From Candidatus Chisholmbacteria bacterium (GTDB lineage Bacteria; Patescibacteriota; Microgenomatia; UBA1400; Chisholmbacteraceae): a stretch of DNA of 64,000 nucleotides. The position numbers and the translations under genes are program-made. Shown here piece after piece: positions 39,112 to 48,426 of this stretch (positions are counted from its first letter, which is position 1; each line of letters opens with the position of its first letter). Below the pieces are notes generated by a model, which saw only the letters and a program-made list of their open reading frames with translations, searched no databases and was not told where the DNA came from. The stretch covers positions 1,089-65,088 of the forward strand of contig CAVPHZ010000001.1 of NCBI GenBank assembly GCA_963704905.1, given 5' to 3'.

Positions 39112-40056
39112 TGAGGTCACCTACCAGTGGCTGAGTATTACTCAAGGCTCGTATTTAGGGAAAGCGGTCAACTTTTTTATCTATGATGTGATCAAGATTG
39201 GTCTACTTTTGATTGCCATCAATTACCTGATGGCGATGGTTAGATACTATTTACCTGTAGCTAAAATAAACCAAGTATTAACCGGTAAAAACTGGTATGG
39301 GCTGGACTATTTAGTGGCAGCACTACTGGGCGTGGTTACCCCTTTTTGTTCTTGCTCATCGATCCCACTGTTTATCGGTTTTTTATCTGCTGGTATCCCA
39401 ATTGGCGTGACCTTTACATTCCTCATTAGCTCCCCTTTGGTTAATGAAGCTTCACTCTTTCTATTTCCGGCTATGTTTGGTCTCAAAATCACCCTGCTTT
39501 ACAACCTGATCGGTATGCTGGTGGCAATCATCGGTGGCTGGTTGATAGGTAAGTTATCCATGGAGCGGTTTATCCAACCCGAGTTTAAAAGCATTACATC
39601 AACTGCAAAAATACAAGAAGATGAAGGTGATAAAACGCCATGAGAAAATTGGCAGTATCTTGGTGGCATGATGGCATGACTATCACCAAGCAAATATTTC
39701 CATATGTGGTACTAGGTGTGGCAATCGGTGCTATAATTCACGGCTTTGTACCTGATAGCTTTGTGAGTCAGTACCTCAGCACTGACGCCTGGTGGGTCAT
39801 TCCCGTTGCAGTTATTGCCGGAGTACCTCTTTACGCCAATTCAGTCAGTGTCATCCCAATTGTAGAAGCATCCGTAGGCAAAGGCGTCATGATTGGTACG
39901 GCTTTAGCTTTTATGACTGCCATTGTGACTCTATCAATCCCGGAGGCATTGATGCTAAAAAAAGCCATGAAGTGGCAGCTACTGGCTGCGTTTTTTGGGA
40001 TTACTATTATTGGCATTATGATTATCGGCTATGTATTTAATGCCATATCAACTTAA
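39077..40056 (+). pseudogene. ArsP/DUF318 permease split by a frameshift near 39640
   Basis: TPFCSCSSIP and SPLVNE in ORF 39077-39643; GVPLY and LSIPE in ORF 39640-40056. Confidence 0.85.
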
Positions 40057-40099
40057 GCCTTGGGCAGAGCTGGAAGGGTTAGAGTTGTTGCTTGTTGAG

Positions 40100-40134
40100 T
40101 AAAATAGGTTCGAATAGCGTCCGAGGTCGCCAGC
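40100..40134 (+). repeat. Array-2 site R1: tRNA-Gln-3'-like putative att site
   Basis: TAAAATAGGTTCGAATAGCGTCCGAGGTCGCCAGC, identical to 41479-41513; shares TAGGTTCGAAT and CAGC with tRNA-Gln. Confidence 0.9.
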
Positions 40135-40193
40135 CCCCTCAAGTAGCCTGAATCACGGTCAGAACCTCTCTTAGGAATTGGTATACTTTTTGG

Positions 40194-41348
40194 ATGAGCC
40201 TTCATAAAAATGTAAGATTGCTGACTTGGTTTAATTTTTTCTTGGATTTCAGATTGTATGCTCCGATCATGGCAATATACTTTTCTAGGGTTACTGGGTC
40301 GTATGCTCTGGGAATGAGTGTGTTTTCTATTACCATGCTGTCAGCTGCTATTTTTGAGATACCCACAGGAGTGTATTCAGACATAATTGGAAGAAAGAAA
40401 ACTATAGTTTTGGGTGCAGTAACAACACTCGTTTCAGTAGTAATGTATGCTATTGGGACTATTTATTGGGTGCTGTTGTTTGGGGCAGTGTTTGAGGGAT
40501 TAGCCAGATCATTTTATAGTGGCAACAATGATTCGATGCTGCATGATAGCCTGGCTGAACAAGGTCAGGAGAAAGAATATGCCCAATACTATGGAAAAAC
40601 AAGTTCGGCATATCAAATAGCATTGGCGATAGTGGCGGTATTAGGGTCAGTAATTGCGTATTTTTCATTTGGGCTGGTGATGTGGTTGTCGGTGATACCG
40701 GCGTTGATTGGATTGATATTCAGCATGGAGATGGTAGAGCCGAAGGTGGTGAGTGAAAAGAGTGCTAATGTATATGTTCATTTAAAGGAAGCGGTGAATA
40801 ATTTTAGAAAAAATGATCGGCTAAGAAAAATAAGTATTGCTTCTATCGTGGGTTATGTAAAAGGTGAGTCTGCACATTTATTCTTACCAGTATATTTTGA
40901 ACTCCTAATTCCAATATGGGCAATAGGCGTGGTGAGATTTTTTACTCACGCTGGAGCTGCGATTAGCTTTTATTCAAGCGGGAAATTGATAAAAAAATAT
41001 GGGGAATTGAAAATGCTTTTGTCAGGTACAGGCTATAGTTTTGTGAGTAACATTTTTGCCTTGCTACTAGCCTCTGTTATCTCGCCATTTGTTATAGCTA
41101 CAAATAGCTTGTTTTTTGGGGTAGTTACATCTTCTAAGAGTTCGTTGCTGCAAAAAGAGTACAGTCAATCACAGAGATCAACTATGGGATCGCTAAACTC
41201 TTTGGCTGGAGGAATTGTGTTTGCAATGGTGGTATTTTTGCTGGGGCTAGTGGCAGATATGCTGACGCCAACAAGAGCGCTGATACTACTGCAATTTTTA
41301 GGATTGATACCACTAGTTATTTGGTGGAGGTTGTATCGGAATGACTAG
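40194..41348 (+). CDS. MFS transporter
   Basis: EIPTG..SD.IGRKK motif A; ~12 TM. Confidence 0.92.
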   Translation: MSLHKNVRLLTWFNFFLDFRLYAPIMAIYFSRVTGSYALGMSVFSITMLSAAIFEIPTGVYSDIIGRKKTIVLGAVTTLVSVVMYAIGTIYWVLLFGAVFEGLARSFYSGNNDSMLHDSLAEQGQEKEYAQYYGKTSSAYQIALAIVAVLGSVIAYFSFGLVMWLSVIPALIGLIFSMEMVEPKVVSEKSANVYVHLKEAVNNFRKNDRLRKISIASIVGYVKGESAHLFLPVYFELLIPIWAIGVVRFFTHAGAAISFYSSGKLIKKYGELKMLLSGTGYSFVSNIFALLLASVISPFVIATNSLFFGVVTSSKSSLLQKEYSQSQRSTMGSLNSLAGGIVFAMVVFLLGLVADMLTPTRALILLQFLGLIPLVIWWRLYRND

Positions 41349-41478
41349 ATAGGTGATTCATGACTTCTAAAACGAATCCGAACAGTAAAAAGTTTGGATA
41401 TGAAAATGAAACAAAACACCTAGGGTTTGGTACATTCATATGGTAGCGCAGGTATATAATGAATGCTACCTACTTGAC

Positions 41479-41513
41479 TAAAATAGGTTCGAATAGCGTC
41501 CGAGGTCGCCAGC
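41479..41513 (+). repeat. Array-2 site R2
   Basis: 35/35 identical to R1. Confidence 0.9.
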
Positions 41514-41551
41514 ACGTCTCAGGATTTCTTCGGATTTGATAAAATTATTGT

Positions 41552-42016
41552 ATGAAAACTTCATCAAAAAAGTATTCACAACTTTTTCTTCTGCTAACAG
41601 ATGCTGTTAAAGCATTCTTAAATGAAGTCAATAGACATAGTCTTTCGGATAAGGCTACCGAAGAGTGGACTGTTAAAGATGAATTATGTCATATTGCATT
41701 TTGGCACGATTATTATGCCCAAAATTATGCTGCATTAGCCGCAGGCACTAAACCTTTTCTTTTTGTCTCTAAAGGTGGCTCGACCCGAAATCAAGAAGGA
41801 GTTAATAAACTAAAACGCAAGTCTCAAAAGTATCTGGTTACTTTGTTAAATAATGCTCAAATAAGTTTGTATGACAACATTGTAGTAAAACAGGTTCCCA
41901 AAATGACCTACATAGTTGGAAAAGAGTATAAAACAGAAAAGTTTCTTGAAATAATAATCGGGCACATTAATAGACATACAATACTGGTAAGACGCGCAAA
42001 AAAGATTAACAAGTAA
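41552..42016 (+). CDS. DinB/ClbS-DfsB-like four-helix bundle protein
   Basis: WTVKDELCHIAFW..., H.N.H near C-terminus. Confidence 0.8.
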   Translation: MKTSSKKYSQLFLLLTDAVKAFLNEVNRHSLSDKATEEWTVKDELCHIAFWHDYYAQNYAALAAGTKPFLFVSKGGSTRNQEGVNKLKRKSQKYLVTLLNNAQISLYDNIVVKQVPKMTYIVGKEYKTEKFLEIIIGHINRHTILVRRAKKINK

Positions 42017-42063
42017 ATGTATTAATATAAGGTTGTGTAGAACCCGAAAGTAATAATTCAAAG

Positions 42064-42096
42064 AAATAGGTTCGAACTCTGTCCACGGTTGGCAGC
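42064..42096 (+). repeat. Array-2 site R3
   Basis: AAATAGGTTCGAACTCTGTCCACGGTTGGCAGC, 25/33 to R1; ends GGCAGC as tRNA-Gln does. Confidence 0.85.
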
Positions 42097-42236
42097 ACGA
42101 CTGGACAACCATGTAACCGTACCCTTGCGGTTCAGGCCTTCAAAAACCCCGAATAACTGAATCTTTTCCTTGATGTGAGAAGCGTCTATTGCTACTGAGA
42201 AAGCCGGAATGGGCTAATTTTATGAGAGCAATCCCT

Positions 42237-42848
42237 CTAATGATCGTGAAGTTCTTTTTCTTTTAAGATTTCGCCTTTAACCGCTTTTTCCACTGCATGA
42301 ATAAATATTACATATGATTCTATAAATTTTCTTCCAGATGAGACATCATCAACTCCGTAGTTAGATTTCTCCTGAAGTGTATGAAAAAGGTGGGCAATAA
42401 CCTTTTTGTTTCCAGGATTCTTGATATGTTTGATGACATCATCTAACGTTTTTGTTTTCACTGCTGTATCGGCCATGGCAATTTCCGGCTCAACCGAACC
42501 GGCTGGTTTGATACCCTCATACTCTGCTCCTTCTCCCTCGCGATGAATCTTTACTAACGTTTCGAAAAACTCCATATCTGCTTGGTCTTTTTCTTCTTTG
42601 GATTTAGCCTTTTTCCTTTTATCTCTGGCTCTTTTTAACGCTTTTCTGATCTCTACTTCGTTTTCCGGTTTAACCCAAATAAGAACATAATTAACGTTTT
42701 CAGTATTAAGAGCTTTTCTGGCTGCGTTGACCACAGGGCCATCCAGTGTATCGCAGTGGGCTGACACCTTGTCCGGTGATACGAAAGATACAACTACAAA
42801 AAATATAAGGACTGTAAGCAGCCGGAAAAATGTTTTCTTGTTTTTCAT
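42237..42848 (-). CDS. DUF6448 family exported protein
   Basis: Signal peptide then AHCDTLDGPVV, FFETLV.IHR.GEGA.Y.G.KPAG. Confidence 0.85.
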   Translation of the reverse strand: MKNKKTFFRLLTVLIFFVVVSFVSPDKVSAHCDTLDGPVVNAARKALNTENVNYVLIWVKPENEVEIRKALKRARDKRKKAKSKEEKDQADMEFFETLVKIHREGEGAEYEGIKPAGSVEPEIAMADTAVKTKTLDDVIKHIKNPGNKKVIAHLFHTLQEKSNYGVDDVSSGRKFIESYVIFIHAVEKAVKGEILKEKELHDH

Positions 42849-43111
42849 ATCCTAAGAGTAAATATAAGAAAAAAATATAAAATCGTCAAGATTATTGCGA
42901 AAAACATATAAATCTTTTAATACTGTCTCATTTGTCTCATTTAGCCTGGATGTGAGACAATCGAATAGTTGAGTTATCAACGAAGTTTGCAAGCTACGCT
43001 TATAAGGACCCAAAGGGTCCCGTGCGTCATGCTCAACCAAGAATTTTAACCTTGAAAATAGCCACCGAAGTGGGATAGTTTAAACCTTTGGTTAAATAAA
43101 AATGAAATATT

Positions 43112-43459
43112 ATGACAAATAAAATCCTTAACATTACGCTTATAAAAATTACACATACTGTAATTTGGCTAATAATGGCATCAGCAGTGTTTTATATCTT
43201 ATATTGTGGCATCAGCGGCAATTTGAATAGAACACTATATTTCACCATTTGTTTGATCCTCTTCGAAATTGTAGTGCTTATACTCAATCATTGGGCTTGT
43301 CCACTCACAATCGTAGCCAAAAAGATAAAACCTGACTGGAAAGACGGAGACGACATTTTTCTGCCAAAATGGCTGGCAATACATAATAAAATGATTTTTG
43401 GAACCCTATTTATTATTGGAATTGTTGTAGTCATTTTCAGACTATTATTGAAATTTTGA
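43112..43459 (+). CDS. Small membrane protein
   Basis: IKITHTVIW..WACPLT..DIFLPKWLA. Confidence 0.75.
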   Translation: MTNKILNITLIKITHTVIWLIMASAVFYILYCGISGNLNRTLYFTICLILFEIVVLILNHWACPLTIVAKKIKPDWKDGDDIFLPKWLAIHNKMIFGTLFIIGIVVVIFRLLLKF

Positions 43460-43499
43460 AACAAAAACAAACGACATGTGGTTGGCATTTACGGATATA

Positions 43500-43532
43500 A
43501 AATAGTTTTGAACCCTGTCCACAGTTCGCTAC
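43500..43532 (+). repeat. Array-2 site R4 (degenerate)
   Basis: AAATAGTTTTGAACCCTGTCCACAGTTCGCTAC, 26/33 to R3. Confidence 0.75.
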
Positions 43533-43598
43533 TGAATATTTTCCTAAACAGAAGTTTAATCCGAGCTATCTATCGACCAGGCTCTAAATGAAAGTAGC

Positions 43599-45173
43599 TT
43601 ATTGAAATCCTTCTTTTATCTCTTCTGTAACGTCGAGAAATTCAAATGGAAGCTTATCATCGTTGAAGTAGCTTTTATCGGGAAGTAATTCAAAATCTGC
43701 TCCGAAGTAGGTATTAAAGAGTATTGGAAATGTATTTACCGGTGTAATCGAGTCATAAAAGTATTCCTCAGCAAGGGGTGCGTAATAGGCGTAGAGGATA
43801 TACATACGTTCCTTGACTCCTTCAATCGGTGGTGGTCTGGTCCACTTTCCTGGATGTCCAAGCGTAGTAGCTGATCCATGATCTGATTGAATAATAATAA
43901 CTGGTGGGTTACTAGATCGATTTACTATTTTCTCTACCGTTTCAAGCGTGCGGGTTGATGCGAATTGTAGCTGTTTTAAATAGTTGACCCGGTCTGAAAA
44001 GGAATCACCAGTAAGCTCAAGCACTTGATCTGGAATGGGATTGCACCGTTTTCATCAAAAAGGTATGGAGGGTGGGGAATGTTGAGGTGAGCGAGGGTGA
44101 ATTTGTTTCCTCTCTGATACGGAATCTCTGTCAGCTGGTCAAACGTATATTGCACATTGGCTCTTGCTTGATCGGCTAAAGCGTTTTTGATGAATGGAGA
44201 AAGTGCAGTTGTTTGGAGAAAAACTATGTAGAATTCATTAATTGCAAAGTGCTGCCCAAAAAACGTGAAGGTATTTCCATTACTGTAATTGATATCGGCT
44301 ATCTCAAGATTATCCGTCGGCCCAATCCCTGAAGCAAAGTTGATGATTGTGTATCCATGACTTTTTAGAAACTGTGCTGCATGATTTTGGTGAATCAATT
44401 GATTGGCAAAGCGAAAATCAGTTGTATCGTTCTCTAAGACATCCGCATACTCATTGATATACACAAAATTCAGGCTAGAGGAAAGCGAAAATGGTGTGTG
44501 AGCATAATTACTTTTTGCATTTCTGGCAACTCGGAAACCTAAATTCTCAAGACCTTCTATAAAATCGTTGTTATCAAAGTAAAATATTTTTTCCAACGTA
44601 TCGCTACGTGCATAGGCATCAAGAATTATGTAATAGATGTCAGGACTTACGCTTTGCTCTGAGATGCGTAGGCTTGATTCATTTTCAGTGCTGTTTAGTT
44701 GTTGCTTCACAGTGGTTTCATTGCTGTAGATAGAAATGACTTGAAACAGAATCAAGGTAAGAGAGGCAATATTCAAAAAGTGATTGACCTTTATTCTTGA
44801 CTGCGATGATTTTTTTAGCTTGATTGCAACAGCAGTTAAAACAATGATCATAAGCGGTATGAGAATTTTGTGAGGACCGATCACTAATCCTTCCCCAATT
44901 GGAATAAATATATTTTTTAATAACGATGCGATGTGGCCATAGGAGAAAAATATACCTATGATTACCGATGAGAATATCGCACTCTTCACCCAAGATTTGA
45001 ACAGCACTTTTCCACTTAACCATAGGAGGAGATGCTCCGGTGAGTGCAAAAATGATTGGCTGAAATATTATCTGAATTCGCATTTCTTCTTGATTATGCG
45101 AGTAGAAAAATAATAATGGATAGATAGCGAATAGGAGCGGATGAACGATGATATTTTTTATTATTTGCTTCAT
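43599..45173 (-). pseudogene. Membrane-bound sulfatase/LTA-synthase-like protein split into three ORFs
   Basis: PDIYYIILDAYAR, H..IPHPPY and IIIQSDHG across ORFs 44718-45173, 43976-45049 and 43599-44024. Confidence 0.8.
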
Positions 45174-45310
45174 CTTTTTTCTAGAAGGTACATTGTGCTT
45201 TAGGCTTCTTTCAACGACAGTCTATTGACAATCTTGTAAAACTTCAAATTGAAAATATTTCTGTAGTGCATGAATATGCATCCATTCGGATTTGTAAAAT
45301 TGCAGGATCA

Positions 45311-45559
45311 TTATTCCTGTTTTTCGGTTTCATCTTTCGAGCCAAAAATTGTTTTTAATTTTTTCGCCATTTTCTTCATGTTAACCCAAAAAGTTTTCAT
45401 AAAAAATCCAACACTAATGAGGCCTGCAATGATCACCTGCGCGATAAAGCTGCCCGTTCCCGGATCAAGATATGCATATGCAGGTCTTGGTAATGCGAGA
45501 GCTGCTAGCACAATGATGAAGATAACTGTAATCGTGAGTTGTGATTTTTCACGTTTCAT
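45311..45559 (-). CDS. Small membrane protein with AYLDPGTGS motif
   Basis: Signal-like helix, AYAYLDPGTGSFIAQ, TM, basic tail. Confidence 0.75.
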   Translation of the reverse strand: MKREKSQLTITVIFIIVLAALALPRPAYAYLDPGTGSFIAQVIIAGLISVGFFMKTFWVNMKKMAKKLKTIFGSKDETEKQE

Positions 45560-45862
45560 GGTGAACATTATAGCCGTAGTCAAGAATGCTTTAAAGCGTT
45601 GACCTTTTTTTATACATACACAAGCTTGAGATTCATAACAGGATTAAGTTTTTATTGTTCATCATGTGTGAGATTGTGTTGGTGAACAATTGTTGATGAT
45701 GCAATAAAAATGATCGCAACCTTTCCTTCCAGTAATTTTAATCAATCATCCGATATTCCTTATCTCTAAGTGAGACTCTTGTTCTCCTTATTTGAAAGCT
45801 GAATTTCAAATTGCTTCTCATAATTATATTCATAATTGATATACTAAATACTGAGCGCGACT

Positions 45863-46807
45863 ATGATAAAAAGACTAATTAACTTACTTTCTTTAACTGG
45901 AATTGGCTTCGCATTATTTTTTGTGGATTTGAAATACCCCGATATTAATCTTCGAAAAGGATACATCACTGCCTTTGCTACTGCGGTGTGTTACTTTCTT
46001 CTAAAGATGTTATTGGATGAAATAGTAGTTAGAAAGATCAAAACTGCCAAAACCCGTTATTCCCTTCGAAAAGTAACATCAATGTTTTTCTTGGTATTTT
46101 TAGCCATCGTCATGCTTCGAATTTGGCTTCCTAATGCTCAGGCTTTACTCGTATCGTACGGATTGATTGCTGCTGGAGTAGCAATTGCTCTTCAGGATTT
46201 TTTCAAAAATATTGTTGCTGGAATAATTATTTTTGTTAGTGGCACATATCGGGTTGGTGATCGCATTGAGATCAATGGAAAATTTGGTGATGTCATTGAT
46301 ATCGATATATTCTATACCTCACTTTTAGAGATTAGAGAATGGGTTGCAGGAGATCAGGCTACGGGTAGAATTGTGTCAATTCCCAATGGATATATTTTGT
46401 CAAACACCATTAATCATTACACTAAAGACCATGACTTTATCTGGGATGAAATCATGCTACCTATTACCTATCAAAGCAACTGGGAAAAAGCAGTACAACT
46501 AATTAAAGAAGTTGTCACTGAAGAAACAAAAGCGATTACCAAACAGGCAGAGGATGAATTCACTGCTCTGGAAAAAAAATATTTTGTTTCAAGAAGAAAT
46601 GTTGAGCCAGATGTGTTTTTAATGCCGACTGATAACTGGATTACATTTCACATTCGTTATATTGCTGAGGTTCGAGAGCGAAGAATTCTCCACAACAAAC
46701 TTGTTAAACTCATTCTAAAGATAGCTGAAGAGCACTCTGATATAACAATCGCCTCAACTACTATGGAGATTGTCGGTTTGCCTGATATACGAGTTGCAAA
46801 AACATAA
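45863..46807 (+). CDS. Mechanosensitive channel MscS family
   Basis: AIALQD, YRVGDRIEI, TGRIVSIPN, IWDEI. Confidence 0.9.
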   Translation: MIKRLINLLSLTGIGFALFFVDLKYPDINLRKGYITAFATAVCYFLLKMLLDEIVVRKIKTAKTRYSLRKVTSMFFLVFLAIVMLRIWLPNAQALLVSYGLIAAGVAIALQDFFKNIVAGIIIFVSGTYRVGDRIEINGKFGDVIDIDIFYTSLLEIREWVAGDQATGRIVSIPNGYILSNTINHYTKDHDFIWDEIMLPITYQSNWEKAVQLIKEVVTEETKAITKQAEDEFTALEKKYFVSRRNVEPDVFLMPTDNWITFHIRYIAEVRERRILHNKLVKLILKIAEEHSDITIASTTMEIVGLPDIRVAKT

Positions 46808-46835
46808 ACAATACTTCATGAAAGGAGGTGAAGCT

Positions 46836-47399
46836 ATGTTAACTAAACTTGTTACTGAAACTACAAATGCGGTGGTTGCTGCTGTGAAAGGTGTTGATGA
46901 TATCCTGTCAGCGCTTCGAGGTGCAGTGAAAAACCAAATCACTGGAGCGTTTAAAGACGTGAGTGATATTGGAACTTCCGGAATGGATGCAGTGACTGCA
47001 GTAGTCACAGGAGGAGTGAAAAGCTCCGGTCAGATCGGTGCATCAGTACTTGATGTGGCTCGGGCTACGGTTCATGCTGCGGTTATGAGTGTATCAGAAG
47101 CTGGTGGTGATGTAGTCATGGCTGCAAGAAAAGCAGCCCGTGGAGCAGTATCTGGAGCAAATGAGATTGGCAAGGATGTCGGGAGTGCTGCTGTTGGAGC
47201 TGTTGAGGGTGCTATTAAAGCAGCTGGATCTGTCGGAAAAGGTACTACTGAGGTTACTCGGGAAGCTATTACTGGCGCTGTTCGCGCAGCCGATGAAATC
47301 GGTGGTCAAGCAGGAGCAACAGTCAGGAAAGCTCTACTCTCGGCTGCATCCCTTCCAAAAGACGTTGTAGAGAGCGCTATAAACGGAAGTAAAAAGTAG
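46836..47399 (+). CDS. Ala/Gly/Val-rich protein with 22-aa amphipathic repeats
   Basis: AGGAGGTG RBS; GAVSGANEIG / GAIKAAGSVG / GAVRAADEIG spaced 22 aa apart. Confidence 0.8.
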   Translation: MLTKLVTETTNAVVAAVKGVDDILSALRGAVKNQITGAFKDVSDIGTSGMDAVTAVVTGGVKSSGQIGASVLDVARATVHAAVMSVSEAGGDVVMAARKAARGAVSGANEIGKDVGSAAVGAVEGAIKAAGSVGKGTTEVTREAITGAVRAADEIGGQAGATVRKALLSAASLPKDVVESAINGSKK

Positions 47400-47509
47400 A
47401 ATACGATTTATTTTTGCCTACAATAATTTATATCAGCTATCGATTCAATAAATGATGAGATCGTTGATGAAATTTGTTAGTAGTTTCTATTAGTGCAATC
47501 TAAGATGTT

Positions 47510-47553
47510 GTTCGAAATCCTCCCATTGGGATAGCGGAACCTTCGTGTTTCCA
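47510..47553 (+). repeat. Possible distal Array-2 site R5
   Basis: GTTCGAA-15 nt-TAGC followed by GAACCTTCGTGTTTCCA, a 16/17 match to 38460-38476 just downstream of tRNA-Gln. Confidence 0.55.
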
Positions 47554-47585
47554 GTAAACTCGATTCACTTCAAATACTTGATATA

Positions 47586-48311
47586 ATGAGGATTATGAAA
47601 ATTGTTAAATTTTTACTAGTATCGATTTTAATTTTAATACTCATTGTAATTCTGGTTCTGGGCTATTTTGGTTTTATTCCAGCACTATCAAATCTGATGG
47701 GAACTAATAAGCCTAGAGATTTGGGTGTAATGTACTCAGAAGAAATGTATCTTTCAGGTCTTGAAAAAAGCGGAGTAGAAATAAAAACATTACCAATCAG
47801 CTCGGGAGAAACCATTTCCTACGAAGGGAGTCATTCTGTGACAGCCTCATTTACTGATGATGAATTAACCTCAAATTCTCACTGGAAAGAAGAGTGGTCA
47901 GATTTTCCAATTCGAGAAGTTCAGGTGCGAATCAATGATGATAATAGCGCTGAAGTATCTGGAGTCCTTGTACTCGATAAGATGGATGACTTTCTTGCGA
48001 CTATGAATATCAGTCCAGAAGGGTATCGTGAAGCATTGAGCCGAGCAAAGATTCCAATCACTGATATTGCATTTTATGGAAAAGGAACTGGTGTTGCTCG
48101 GAACAATTCGCTCGAGATTAGCATTTCAGCCGTTGAGGTCGGACGATTTCCGGTTCCAATAGGAATTGTCGATGAGTATCAAGATGATTTAGCAAGTTTT
48201 GGAGAAACGCTGATGACAAGAATTCCAGGATTTTCTGTTAATGAAGCACTATTTGAAAATGGATCTATCTTCTTCAACGGTACTCTCCCCGATGCAGAAT
48301 TGAAACGCTAG
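47586..48311 (+). CDS. Membrane-anchored hypothetical protein
   Basis: N-terminal TM, KPRDLGV.Y. Confidence 0.7.
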   Translation: MRIMKIVKFLLVSILILILIVILVLGYFGFIPALSNLMGTNKPRDLGVMYSEEMYLSGLEKSGVEIKTLPISSGETISYEGSHSVTASFTDDELTSNSHWKEEWSDFPIREVQVRINDDNSAEVSGVLVLDKMDDFLATMNISPEGYREALSRAKIPITDIAFYGKGTGVARNNSLEISISAVEVGRFPVPIGIVDEYQDDLASFGETLMTRIPGFSVNEALFENGSIFFNGTLPDAELKR

Positions 48312-48426
48312 TTAGTTTTGTCAATACGATTTATCTAATTTAGAAATGTTTGATAAATTAATAATTAATTTCGTTTGTAAAGCTTTACTTGGATACTAGT
48401 GGTCAGGATATGAATAGAACTACTAC

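Noticed and set aside
40100-42096. Additional tRNA genes at the GGTTCGAA motifs
   Set aside because: No T-stem pairing and no D or anticodon arms upstream.
42852-43040. 62-aa minus-strand ORF upstream of DUF6448
   Set aside because: No recognisable motif or RBS; probably promoter region.
43050-43092. Possible further degenerate Array-2 site (TTGAAAAT...TGGGATAG...AACCTT, resembling 47510-47543)
   Set aside because: Similarity too weak and spacing inconsistent; needs a profile search.
40100-43532. Classical integron attC sites
   Set aside because: No RYYYAAC...GTTRRRY ends with a long imperfect palindrome and no intI; the similarity is to tRNA 3' ends instead.
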